In this document: piece after piece, positions 28,474-37,529 of the stretch
Position numbering within the stretch: position 1 is the first letter of the stretch
How the letters are laid out: every line of letters starts with the position of its first letter
Assembly: GCA_963697705.1 (NCBI GenBank)
Contig: CAVOPA010000010.1
Location: forward strand, 15,818 to 79,817
Direction of reading: 5' to 3'
Source of the DNA: Vicinamibacteria bacterium
GTDB taxonomy: Bacteria > Acidobacteriota > Vicinamibacteria > Vicinamibacterales > JAENWD01
Length of the DNA stretch: 64,000 nucleotides
Notes under the pieces: generated by a model
The model's database searches: none
Seen by the model: the letters and a program-made list of their open reading frames with translations, nothing else
Told to the model about the DNA's origin: nothing
Translations under genes and position numbers: made by a program

Positions 28474-29543
28474 CGTGCGATCGGTTCCGGAGCTTCGACG
28501 CGCGCTCCTGCGGGGGCTCGTCATCCCGGCCCATCCGCTCGCGCTCACTGCGGACCGCCGGCTGGACGAGCGCCGGCAGGTTGCGCTCACGCGATACTAC
28601 TGCGACGCCGGCGCCGGCGGCATCGCCGTCGGCGTGCACACGACGCAGTTCGCGATTCGCGAATCCTTCGGTCGCGCTGCTCAGGCCCGTGCTGGATCTG
28701 GCCGCGCGCACCGTGCGTGACTGGTGCGTTCAGGCTCAGCGCCCGCTGATGATTGCGGGCGTGGTCGGACCCACGCCGCAGGCGCTCGACGAGGCAGCGC
28801 TCGCGGTGTCGCTCGGCTACGACGCTGCGCTGCTCAGCCTTGGTGCCCTGCGTGATGCCGGGAACGACGCCGTGCTCGATCACTGCCGCCGCGTCGCCGA
28901 GATCGTCCCGCTGGTCGGGTTCTACCTGCAGCCGGCGGTCGGAGGGCGCGTCCTCGATCGCAGCTTCTGGCGCGGGTTCCTCGACATCGAGTGCGTCGTC
29001 GCGATCAAGGTCGCCCCGTTCGATCGGTACCGCACGCTGGACGTGACCACGGCGCTGGCCGAGAGCGGCCGTCGCGACGTCGCGCTCTACACCGGGAACG
29101 ACGATGCCATCGTTGCTGATCTGCTGACGTCGTTTCCGGGTGGTGCGAATGAACCGCCGGTGCGCTTCTCGGGCGGTCTGCTTGGCCAGTGGGCGGTATG
29201 GACGAACAGCGCCGTTGATCTGCTGCAACGGTGCCGCGCAGCCGTCGAGCGTCGGTCCACGCGTGATGCTACCGAGGAGCCGCTCCGCCTGCTGGCGCTC
29301 GGCGCCGAGCTCACCGACGTCAACGCGGTCCTGTTCGATGCCGCCAACCAGTTCGCGGGCTGCATCCCGGGGATTCACGAGGTGCTGCGCCGCCAGGGCC
29401 TGCTCGCCGGCCGCTGGTGCCTCGATGCGCACGAAGACCTGAGCCCCGGGCAGATGGAGGCGATCGACCGCGCCCTGGCGCGCTATCGGCATCTGTCGGA
29501 TGACGGGTTCGTGAGAGAGAATCTGGGGAGGTGGATGGCGTAG
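28460..29543 (+). CDS. Dihydrodipicolinate synthase (DapA)-family lyase; apparent frameshift near 28660
   Basis: The ATG at 28460 overlaps the epimerase stop by 14 nt. MAVSDVRSVPELRRALLRGLVIPAHPLALT...GGIAVGVHTTQFAIRE continues as PSVALLRPVLDLAA...VGFYLQPAVGG...IKVAPFDRY in the frame of ORF 28392..29543. Confidence 0.75.
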
Positions 29544-29592
29544 CGGCAAGGGCTCTGTGCCCTGCTCGGGCTCGTGCGTCCGTACCAGACCG

Positions 29593-29624
29593 CGCGTGGG
29601 ACCGAGGTCTGCGCGTCCCACGCG
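29593..29624 (+). terminator. Possible terminator hairpin after the DapA-like gene
   Basis: Perfect 10-bp stem cgcgtgggac / gtcccacgcg with a 12-nt loop, 50 nt after the stop. No T-tract follows, so it is weak as an intrinsic terminator. Confidence 0.3.
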
Positions 29625-29742
29625 GGGCCGACAGGTGGCCGCGGCTCAGGGTTTTCGTTCTCCGCGGCGGTCGTTTCGCAGCCTACCGGGGCGGCGATTA
29701 TTATCGACACACATAACTACCGTTTGGCAGGAAAGGTACTCC

Positions 29743-30453
29743 ATGGACGTCGTGCGCCTGAAGCGAACGCTTCGACCCCTGCGGCCGGTCCTCGGACCCG
29801 TATGGAACCTGTTTCGGCGGAGCACGGGGCAGGCGGCACGGCCACCCTCCTGGCCGTCACCGCCCAGGGCGGGACGCCGAAGCGCACATGCCGGCGACGA
29901 GGTGCTGATCTACCCGATGACGCGCGAGCAGTTCGTCGCGCTCCGGGCGGATGACCCGTATTACGCCGACCGCGAGCAGTACATGGCGGCCGCCGCGAGA
30001 ACCGCCGGGCATCTGATCTCGCGGCACCAACTCGTGTCCGCGCTCGAGCTCGGCCCCTATCGCCAGCCGATTGTGACCGGCTCCGACGTGATAGAACTCA
30101 GGCCGCCCTCAGGGTTGCGGGGAGCGCGGCGCCTGATCGTCCACGACGCGACGTCCGTGCCCTGGCCCTTCAACGATCGAACCTACGACCTGTTCGTAGC
30201 ACTGCAGGTCTTCGAACACCTCGACGGCCACCAGCGTGCCGTGTTCAAGGAAGTGTGCCGGATCGCGCGCCACGCGGTCATCTCGGTGCCGATTGACTGG
30301 GAGATGCGCGACCCCACCAATTGCCATCACATGATCTCGCGGGAAACGGCGCTGTCCTGGTTCGCGCCCCGCGTCCCGACCAGGATCCTCCAGGGGAACC
30401 CCGCGCCGAAGTCCCGTCTGATATTCGTGTTCGAAAATCTCGACAAGCGCTGA
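29743..30453 (+). CDS. Class I SAM-dependent methyltransferase
   Basis: GGAAAGG lies 6 nt before the ATG at 29743 (MDVVRLKR...). YDLFVALQVFEHLDGHQRAVFKEVCRIARHAVISVP is typical of Methyltransf_11/23-type folds. The listed start at 29557 lies in an intergenic-looking region. Confidence 0.75.
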   Translation: MDVVRLKRTLRPLRPVLGPVWNLFRRSTGQAARPPSWPSPPRAGRRSAHAGDEVLIYPMTREQFVALRADDPYYADREQYMAAAARTAGHLISRHQLVSALELGPYRQPIVTGSDVIELRPPSGLRGARRLIVHDATSVPWPFNDRTYDLFVALQVFEHLDGHQRAVFKEVCRIARHAVISVPIDWEMRDPTNCHHMISRETALSWFAPRVPTRILQGNPAPKSRLIFVFENLDKR

Positions 30454-30464
30454 CGTATGAGCGG

Positions 30465-32219
30465 ATGGAGATGTCCGCCGTGCTGAAACATCTCACCCTC
30501 TGCCTCGTGTCGATCGCGGCCGCCGGCGCCCTGGGCGCGACCGAGCCGGCCGCGGCTCCTGCGGATCTCGTGCTGCTCGACGGTAAGGTCCTGACCGTTG
30601 ACGAGCGATTCAGCACGGCAACCGCCCTCGCCGTTCGCGATGGCCGCTTCGTCGCGGTGGGATCGAACGCAGACATCCGCTCACACATCGGCCCGACGAC
30701 GCGTGTGATCGACGGTGCCGGACGAACCGTCCTGCCCGGCCTCATCGACACGCACGTCCACGCGCTTGGCGTCGCCGAGGCGGAAGCCACGCAACCGTTC
30801 CGCAATCTCACCAGCATCGGCGAGGTGCAGGCCTGGATCCGCGAAGAGGCCGCACGCCGTCGGCCGGACACGTGGCTGTGGACGCCGCGCGTGTTCCCGA
30901 CGCGGCTGCGGGAGCACCGGTTTCCTTCGCGCGAGGAGCTCGATGCCGCCGCCCCGCGACACCCGGTCGCGGTCGATTTCGCGTATGCGTTCGCGCTCAA
31001 CACGGCGGCGCTGCGCGCGGCGGGCATCACGCACAACACGCCGGATCCGCCGGGCGGCCTGATCGCCAAAGACACGGCAGGAGAGCCGACCGGGCTGTTG
31101 CGGAACGCCGGATCCCTGCTCGCGCGCTTCCAACCTGCCTCGGCGGCAGGGGTTCCGCTCGACATGCTCGAAAAGGTGCACCAGCAGTACCTGGCCGCGG
31201 GCATCACCAGCGTGATCGAGCGCGGGGCGACCATGGAGGGCTACGAAGTCTACAAGGCGCTCAACGGGGCCGGGCGCCTTCGTCTCAGGGCAACCGTCAC
31301 GATACGCATCCCGCATGCTGACGACGCACGGGCGGTGGAGGCGTTCGTGACGGCCCTGCCGTTCCGGTTTGGCGAGGGAGACGAGTGGCTGAAGACCGGG
31401 CCGCTCAAGATCGTGGCGGACGGCGGCATCCTGAGCGGCACGTCCTACATGCGACAGCCGTACGGAAGCGGCGCGCGCCGGTTGTATGGGGTGGATGATC
31501 CGGAGGACCGCGGCTTCCCGGCGCTCACGCCGCAGCAGATCGCGAGCACCATCGCGATCGGGCATCGCCACGGATGGCAGATGGTGGCGCACGTGACCGG
31601 TGACGCCGGCGTCGACCTGGTGCTCGACGCGATCGAAGCGGCCGAGCGCGAGGGGCCCGGCGGCGATCGGCGTCACACGCTGCTGCACGCCTACTTCGTG
31701 AACGCCGAGACGGCGGCGCGCGCGGCACGGCTCGGCGTGCTGGTCGACACGCAGCCGGCGTGGCATTACAAGGACGCCGACGCGCTCGCGGACGCGCTTG
31801 GCATCGATCGCCTTGCATCCTTCATCGGGCTGCAGACCTGGCGACGTGCCGGCGTGGACGTCGCCATCAACACCGACCACATGTTCGGCCTCGACAAGAA
31901 CACGTCGATGAACCCGTTCAACCCGTTCCTGACGATGTACTCGGCGACGACGAGGCGGACGGAATCCGGCAGGGTGGTGGGCGAAGCAGAGGCCGTGTCG
32001 AGGCAGGACGCGCTGCGCATGATGACCAGCATGGCCGCGCGTTTCAGCTTCGACGAGAAAAACCGCGGCTCGATCGAAACCGGCAAGCTCGGTGACTTCG
32101 TCGTGCTCGACGACGACTTCCTCGCCGTGCCTGCCGAGCGGCTCCGATCGATTGGCGTCGACCTCACCGTCGTCGGCGGCCGCGTCGCCTTCGAGCGACG
32201 GCAGGCCTCCAGGCAGTGA
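30465..32219 (+). CDS. Secreted metal-dependent amidohydrolase (Amidohydro_3 / YtcJ-like)
   Basis: Signal peptide MEMSAVLKHLTLCLVSIAAAGALG. VLPGLIDTHVHA metal-binding motif, HVTGDAGVD, and the C-terminal GKLGDFVVLD motif typical of this family. Confidence 0.85.
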   Translation: MEMSAVLKHLTLCLVSIAAAGALGATEPAAAPADLVLLDGKVLTVDERFSTATALAVRDGRFVAVGSNADIRSHIGPTTRVIDGAGRTVLPGLIDTHVHALGVAEAEATQPFRNLTSIGEVQAWIREEAARRRPDTWLWTPRVFPTRLREHRFPSREELDAAAPRHPVAVDFAYAFALNTAALRAAGITHNTPDPPGGLIAKDTAGEPTGLLRNAGSLLARFQPASAAGVPLDMLEKVHQQYLAAGITSVIERGATMEGYEVYKALNGAGRLRLRATVTIRIPHADDARAVEAFVTALPFRFGEGDEWLKTGPLKIVADGGILSGTSYMRQPYGSGARRLYGVDDPEDRGFPALTPQQIASTIAIGHRHGWQMVAHVTGDAGVDLVLDAIEAAEREGPGGDRRHTLLHAYFVNAETAARAARLGVLVDTQPAWHYKDADALADALGIDRLASFIGLQTWRRAGVDVAINTDHMFGLDKNTSMNPFNPFLTMYSATTRRTESGRVVGEAEAVSRQDALRMMTSMAARFSFDEKNRGSIETGKLGDFVVLDDDFLAVPAERLRSIGVDLTVVGGRVAFERRQASRQ

Positions 32220-32302
32220 CTAGAGCAGGATGACGCGGTGCAATGCCGGATCGCGGCCGGTATTCGACATCGGCATCCGGCATGCTGCTTCCAGGCGGCG
32301 TG

Positions 32303-32436
32303 TTAAACCCAGCGCTCGCTTGTGTTGTCACCGCATCAGCTTAGACCCGCGATTCACTTGTAGTCATGTGGGGCAGGCCTTCAGGCCTGCTTGCGCGCGC
32401 CGATTTGCAGGGCTGAAGCCCTGCCCCACGTGACTG
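32303..32436. repeat. Family 2 compound palindromic element, copy 1 (rearranged: two direct copies of the terminal repeat, core, truncated right end)
   Basis: Core at 32368-32429: gtggggcaggccttcaggcctg-cttgcgcgcgccgattt-gcagggctgaagccctgccccac. It is preceded by ttaaacccagcgctcgcttgtgttgtca (32303-32330) and cttagacccgcgattcacttgtagtcat (32340-32367). Confidence 0.75.
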
Positions 32437-32450
32437 TTACTTTCCTGAAC

Positions 32451-32597
32451 TCCGCGAACCAGTTCTGGACGACGGCTAGCGCCAGCGGGCGCTCGGTGCC
32501 CGTCTTGACCTCCTGCACCAGCCGCCCGCGCGCCGAGGGCGCCGATGATCTCGTACCCGCCGAGGTGAGCGCCGGATGTATGGGATTGCCGGATTTC
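32451..32597 (-). pseudogene. Internally deleted Ser/Thr kinase-propeller remnant
   Basis: The minus strand reads EIRQSHTSGAHLGGYEIIGALGA (a kinase N-terminus). After a frame change at gcgcgggcgg it reads RLVQEVKTGTERPLALAVVQNWFAEFRK, a C-terminal tail comparable to the ..[11 protein letters not shown] tail of the remnant at 8043-8622. It abuts the family 2 element. Confidence 0.5.
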
Positions 32598-32749
32598 CAG
32601 CTGACAGACACGAGCGGAACGGCTGCCTGCTCGCAGTCCGTACCCTGCTTGCCACTCCTGCGCGAGGCCGTTTTCATCCGAGGCCGCTGCGGAGGATATC
32701 ATCGCGATGCGGACACCTTCTATCCTCCGCATCCGCTCGATGCGCTGCC

Positions 32750-33931
32750 ATGCCTGAACACGTGCCCGATGTGACCGCCTCTGATCGCAGTGCGACCCGC
32801 AAAGCCGTCTTGCACGAGGGCCGCGGACTGCGGCTACCCAAGGTCCGGAAGAACCGTCCGGGCACGGCCGCGGGCATCAATCACGAGCAGCTTGACGGTC
32901 TGCAGTCCGGGCCTGGCGAGGTCCGGGTCACGGTGACCGACTACCGTGCCGACAACGTCCTGGTTCGCACCATCGACGACATCGACGCCTTCGTCGCCGG
33001 CCACCGGCCCGAGTGGTCGGCCGTCTGCTGGATCAACGTCGACGGCTTGACCGACATGAAGTGCGTCAGCGCCCTCGCGGCGAAGTACGAGCTTCACCCG
33101 CTGGCCGTCGAGGACCTGCTCCATGTGCCGCAGCGGCCGAAGGTGGATGCCTTCGGCGAAGGGGCCGCCGGTCTGCCCGGCACGCATCCCGCGCGTCTGT
33201 TCGTGGTCGCGAGGATGCTCCAGCTGAAGGGCGGGCACCTCTCGAGCGAGCAGATCAGCTTCTTCGTCGGTCACCGCACGCTGCTGACGTTCCAGGAGAC
33301 GCCGGGCGACGTGTGGGACCCGATTCGACGGCGGCTTCAGAACCCGAGCTCGCAGCTCCGCCGCGGGGACGCCAGCTTTCTCCTCTACTCGCTCATCGAC
33401 GCCATCGTCGATCATGGCTTCCCGATTCTCGAGTTCTACGGCGACCGGCTCGAAGAGATCGAGGAGCAGGTCCTGACCGGCGCCGGCCAGGAGGTGATCC
33501 CACAGATTCACCGCCTTCGCCGCGAGCTGCTCCTGTTCCGCCGGGAAGTCTGGCCGATGCGCGACGTGGTCCGCACGCTGCAACGAGAGCCGCACGAGTG
33601 CATGGGGGAGACGACCCGCACGTACCTGCGAGACGTCCACGATCACATCGTCCAGATCATCGAGCTGTGCGACACGTACCGCGAGTTCGCCTCGGGTCTG
33701 GCCGAGACCTACATGTCGTCGCTCTCGATCCGCATGAACGAGGTGATGAAGCTCCTGACGATCATCACGACGATCTTCATCCCGATCACGTTTCTGGCCG
33801 GCGTTTACGGGATGAACTTCCGGCACATGCCAGGCGAGGACTGGGTGTGGGCCTACACAGCTTTCTGGATGGTGTGCCTCATCCTGGCCGGAGGGATGCT
33901 TGTCTGGTTCAAGCGGCGGGGCTGGCTATGA
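32750..33931 (+). CDS. corA: CorA-family magnesium/cobalt transporter
   Basis: YGMNF (GMN signature) precedes two C-terminal TM helices (..LLTIITTIFIPITFLAGV.. and ..FWMVCLILAGGMLVWF..). ATG at 32750 (MPEHVPD). Confidence 0.9.
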   Translation: MPEHVPDVTASDRSATRKAVLHEGRGLRLPKVRKNRPGTAAGINHEQLDGLQSGPGEVRVTVTDYRADNVLVRTIDDIDAFVAGHRPEWSAVCWINVDGLTDMKCVSALAAKYELHPLAVEDLLHVPQRPKVDAFGEGAAGLPGTHPARLFVVARMLQLKGGHLSSEQISFFVGHRTLLTFQETPGDVWDPIRRRLQNPSSQLRRGDASFLLYSLIDAIVDHGFPILEFYGDRLEEIEEQVLTGAGQEVIPQIHRLRRELLLFRREVWPMRDVVRTLQREPHECMGETTRTYLRDVHDHIVQIIELCDTYREFASGLAETYMSSLSIRMNEVMKLLTIITTIFIPITFLAGVYGMNFRHMPGEDWVWAYTAFWMVCLILAGGMLVWFKRRGWL

Positions 33932-34074
33932 GGCACCGCTCAATGGGCGAGAGGCGAACCGCCGCCGCAGGCGAGCGTGACGCGCTGATCGACCGCTGGG
34001 AGCGTCCACGGCTCCGAGGCTGCCGTTCCTGAGGGCACCGGTGTCACGGGCGTTTGTTGCTACGATCGCATCAC

Positions 34075-35322
34075 ATGGATGACCTGTCCCTCAGCCGCTA
34101 TGCCGACCTGGTGATCCGCGTCGGGCTCAACCTGCAGGCCGGGCAGCGATTGCTGATCCTCGGCCCGCTCGCGAACGGCGGTGTCGCGCTCGACGCCGCC
34201 CCGCTCGTGCGCGCCGTGTCGGCGCGGGCGTACGAGGCGGGCGCCCCGCTCGTGGAGGTGCTCTGGGGTGACGAGTCGCTGGCGGTGCTCCGCTACCGCC
34301 ACGCGCCGCCCGAGTCGTTCGGCCAGGTTTCCGCCTGGCTCCCCGGCGCGCTCGTCGAACACGTGGCGGCAGGGCACGCGACGTTGTCGATCTCGGCAAA
34401 CGATCCCGACCTGCTGCAGTCCGCGGCGCCTGAGCGTGTGGCGGCTATCCAGTCGGCCATCGCGCACGCCGTGAGGCCGTTCCGCGACAAGATTTCCAGG
34501 AATGCGACCAACTGGTCGGTCGTCGCCGCTCCGGCCGCGAGCTGGGCGGCGCGCGTGTTCCCGGGCCTGCCCCGGGACGAGCAGGTGGCGCGGCTCTCGA
34601 CGGCGATTGCGCGTCTCTGCCGGCTGGACGCCCCGGATCCAACTGCGGCGTGGCAGTCCCACCTCGATGCACTGACGGAACGCACGGCGCTGCTGAACGA
34701 GCGGCGCTATGACGCGCTGCGCTATCGAGGCCCGGGGACGGACCTGACCGTCGGCCTTGCGACGGGACACATCTGGACCGGCGGACGATCGAGGAGCGCC
34801 AACGGGATCGTGTTTGCCGCCAACCTGCCGACCGAGGAAGTGTTCACGATGCCGGCGCGCGATCGCGTCGATGGCCACGTGCGCGCATCCAAGCCGCTCA
34901 GCTACGGCGGCACGCTGATCGAGGATTTCAGCTTCACCTTCGAAGCAGGACGCATCGTGGACGTGCGTGCCGCGCGGGCCGAGCAGGTGCTGCGCGACCT
35001 CGTCGCCACCGACCCCGGTGCCGCTCGCCTCGGTGAGATCGCGCTCGTGCCGCACAGCTCACCCATCTCGCAGGCGGGCCATCTGTTCTTCAACACGCTG
35101 TTCGACGAAAACGCCGCCAGCCATCTCGCGATCGGCGCGGCCTACGCGTTCACGCTCCAAGGTGGAGAAGCCATGACGCCAGAGGCGTTCGAGCGCGCGG
35201 GCGGCAATCGGAGCGCCACGCACGTCGACTTCATGATCGGGTCGGGCGAGCTCGATATCGACGGCGTGCTCGCCGGCGGCACGACCGAGCCCGTCATGCG
35301 GGCTGGGGAATGGGCGGACTGA
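34075..35322 (+). CDS. M29-family aminopeptidase (AmpS/PepS-like)
   Basis: MDDLSLSRYADLVIRVGLNLQAGQRLLI..., ANLPTEEVFT and ATHVDFMIGS are typical of thermophilic-type M29 aminopeptidases. ATG at 34075. Confidence 0.85.
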   Translation: MDDLSLSRYADLVIRVGLNLQAGQRLLILGPLANGGVALDAAPLVRAVSARAYEAGAPLVEVLWGDESLAVLRYRHAPPESFGQVSAWLPGALVEHVAAGHATLSISANDPDLLQSAAPERVAAIQSAIAHAVRPFRDKISRNATNWSVVAAPAASWAARVFPGLPRDEQVARLSTAIARLCRLDAPDPTAAWQSHLDALTERTALLNERRYDALRYRGPGTDLTVGLATGHIWTGGRSRSANGIVFAANLPTEEVFTMPARDRVDGHVRASKPLSYGGTLIEDFSFTFEAGRIVDVRAARAEQVLRDLVATDPGAARLGEIALVPHSSPISQAGHLFFNTLFDENAASHLAIGAAYAFTLQGGEAMTPEAFERAGGNRSATHVDFMIGSGELDIDGVLAGGTTEPVMRAGEWAD

Positions 35323-35340
35323 TCGGCCACGGCCGGTCGC

Positions 35341-35419
35341 GCCGCCTGCCGCCTGCCGCCTGCCGCCCCGCCGTCCAACCCCGTCGCCCAATGCCCATCG
35401 CCCGCCGCCCGCCGCCCGG
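35341..35419. repeat. Two short heptanucleotide tandem repeats in an intergenic region
   Basis: (gccgcct) x3 plus one imperfect unit at 35341-35368, and (cgcccgc) x3 at 35399-35419. Confidence 0.7.
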
Positions 35420-35669
35420 CGTCGATTCCTTGTGCTCCGCACGCTGAGCGCCTATACTGACGAGGCTCTCTGAGAACAATTCGGCTCCGCAGTCGGCAAG
35501 TGGCTGTCGGGACGTCTGCCTCATCGAAGCAACATTGACGCGGACGTTCTCATATGCCTGCTGCGCACCGGCATGTCCCGGGCGCTCACGACTGGGCATC
35601 TGCGCGACGGCCCGTCACATCCCACGATCGTTCTGCGGGACAAAGACAAACGACAACAGGAGTCAGCCT

Positions 35670-36539
35670 ATGAGACGAGTGACATGTCTGCTCGGGGCCG
35701 TGATGTTCGTGTGTACGACGACTGCGGCCGTCCACGCCGAGGAGCCCGGACCTGCGAAAGTGATCAGGCTCGTGCGCGAGGAAATCAAGCCGGCTCGCGG
35801 CGCTGCGCATGCGCGCGCAGAGGAGGCGTACGTGCGCGCCGCTGCGGCGTCGAAGGTGCCCGCCTACTGGATCGGCATGAACGCGATCACCGGTCCCAGC
35901 GAAGCATGGTTCCTCTCGAGCTACGCCAGCAACGAGGCGCTCGAGAAGGAGAACGACGCCATGGAGGCGGCGGTCGGCAAGCAGTTGGAGGCGGCCGACG
36001 AGGGCGACGCGCAGTTCCGGACCGGCACCCGCATGTACCTCCTGGAATTGAACGAGAGCCTGAGCTACCGGATGCGGCCGAACGTCAAGGACATGCGCTA
36101 CATCAGCGTCGCGACCGTGCGCGTGAAGCCGGGTTACGGGCAGGCGTTCCTGGAGGTGCGCAAAGCTGTCAAGGCGGCGCACGAGAAGGCCAACGTGGAC
36201 GAGCACTGGGCGTTCTATGAGGTGACCTCGGGCGCGCCGGCGGGGACCTACATGCTGCTCTTCGGGTCGTCAACGATGAAAGACGACGACACGGACCCGC
36301 ACACCGCCGCGTACCGGGACGCAGTCGGTGACGAGGGCCGCGCCAAGTACCAGGAGTTCCAGCGCGCTGGCCTCGCGTCGACCGAAATGGCGACCTTCGA
36401 GATCAGCCCGAGGATGAGCCATGTGCCCGCGGAGTGGATCTCCGATCGGCCCGGCTTCTGGAAGGCCCCGTCGATCAAGACCACCATGGCCGCCCCGAAG
36501 GCGCCAGCCGTCGTTCCCGCATCGCAGGCCAAGCCCTAA
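35670..36539 (+). CDS. Secreted protein of unknown function, two tandem ~110-aa domains plus Ala/Pro-rich tail
   Basis: CAGGAG lies 7 nt before the ATG at 35670. Signal peptide MRRVTCLLGAVMFVCTTTAAVHA. Two similar halves (..VIRLVREEIKPARGAAH...AWFLSSYAS.. and ..YISVATVRVKPGYGQAF...YMLLFGSST..). Confidence 0.7.
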   Translation: MRRVTCLLGAVMFVCTTTAAVHAEEPGPAKVIRLVREEIKPARGAAHARAEEAYVRAAAASKVPAYWIGMNAITGPSEAWFLSSYASNEALEKENDAMEAAVGKQLEAADEGDAQFRTGTRMYLLELNESLSYRMRPNVKDMRYISVATVRVKPGYGQAFLEVRKAVKAAHEKANVDEHWAFYEVTSGAPAGTYMLLFGSSTMKDDDTDPHTAAYRDAVGDEGRAKYQEFQRAGLASTEMATFEISPRMSHVPAEWISDRPGFWKAPSIKTTMAAPKAPAVVPASQAKP

Positions 36540-36555
36540 CGTTCGCATCGATGAC

Positions 36556-36597
36556 GGGGCCAGATCGCGAATCCGCGGAACCTCGCGATCTGACCCC
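36556..36597. terminator. Hairpin between convergent genes (possible bidirectional terminator)
   Basis: ggggccagatcgcga / tcgcgatctgacccc forms a 15-bp stem with one mismatch and a 12-nt loop. It lies between stops at 36539 (+) and 36640 (-). No clear U-tract. Confidence 0.45.
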
Positions 36598-36639
36598 GTC
36601 TTGAGCACCGCCACACTCCTTCACATTGAGGGAGGTCCC

Positions 36640-37464
36640 TCAGATCTTCATGATGCGCTGCAGTTCCGCCGTGGTCAGGCACCTGTCCACGAAGCCGAAG
36701 TCTCCCGCCTGCAGCACCTCGCGCGCCGCATCGACCAGGCCGCTCATCGCCGCACGATAGAGTGAAGTCGCCAGGCTGATGCGCTTCACGCCGGCTGCGG
36801 CGAGCTCGCTGACGGAGAACGATTTCCCCTTGATGCCCACCATGAAGTTGACGGGCTTCGACACCGCCGAACAGAGCGCTCGAACCGCAGCGACGTCGGG
36901 CAGTCCCGGGGCAAACAGGACGTCCGCTCCGGCGTGAGCGAACGCCTGGAGCCGGCGGATCGTCTCGTCGAGGCTGGGATTAGCGAACATCAGGTTGTGC
37001 GCGCGCGCCGTGAGGAGAAACCGAAACGGGAGTCGACGTGCCGCCTCCGCCGCCGCGGCGATGCGTTCGACGGCGAGGCCCTCGTCGTAGAGCGGTTGGT
37101 CGGCGTTGCCGGTCGTGTCCTCGATTGTGCACCCGACGAGACCAACCGCAGCCGCACGCCGAATCGTCTCCGCGACGCTGTCCGGCGCATCGCCAAAGCC
37201 GTTCTCCAGGTCCGCCGAGACCGGCAGATCCGTCGCACTCACGATGGCGCGTGCATGCGCCAGCGCTTCGTCTCGCGTCAGCCCGCCGTCTCGCCGACCG
37301 ATGGCACACGCCGAGGCCGCGCTCGACGTGGCCAGCGCCTCGAAGCCGAGCCCCGCGAGCACGCGGGCCGAGCCGACGTCCCATGGGTTCGGAATGACGA
37401 AGGTGCCGGGACCGTCGTGAAGCGCACCGAAGCGTTCAGCCTTCTCTCGCTGGGTGATGCTCAC
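36640..37464 (-). CDS. Isocitrate lyase/PEP mutase superfamily enzyme (2-methylisocitrate lyase / oxaloacetate decarboxylase-like)
   Basis: AAGGAGG lies 5 nt before the GTG at 37464. FVIPNPWDVGSARV, DLENGFG and CTIEDTTG motifs. Confidence 0.85.
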   Translation of the reverse strand: MSITQREKAERFGALHDGPGTFVIPNPWDVGSARVLAGLGFEALATSSAASACAIGRRDGGLTRDEALAHARAIVSATDLPVSADLENGFGDAPDSVAETIRRAAAVGLVGCTIEDTTGNADQPLYDEGLAVERIAAAAEAARRLPFRFLLTARAHNLMFANPSLDETIRRLQAFAHAGADVLFAPGLPDVAAVRALCSAVSKPVNFMVGIKGKSFSVSELAAAGVKRISLATSLYRAAMSGLVDAAREVLQAGDFGFVDRCLTTAELQRIMKI

Positions 37465-37529
37465 GGGAACCTCCTTCGCAGCAGCTGAAAATCACGATCC
37501 TGCGGGCAGTGGGCGTGGCGATGGAACCT

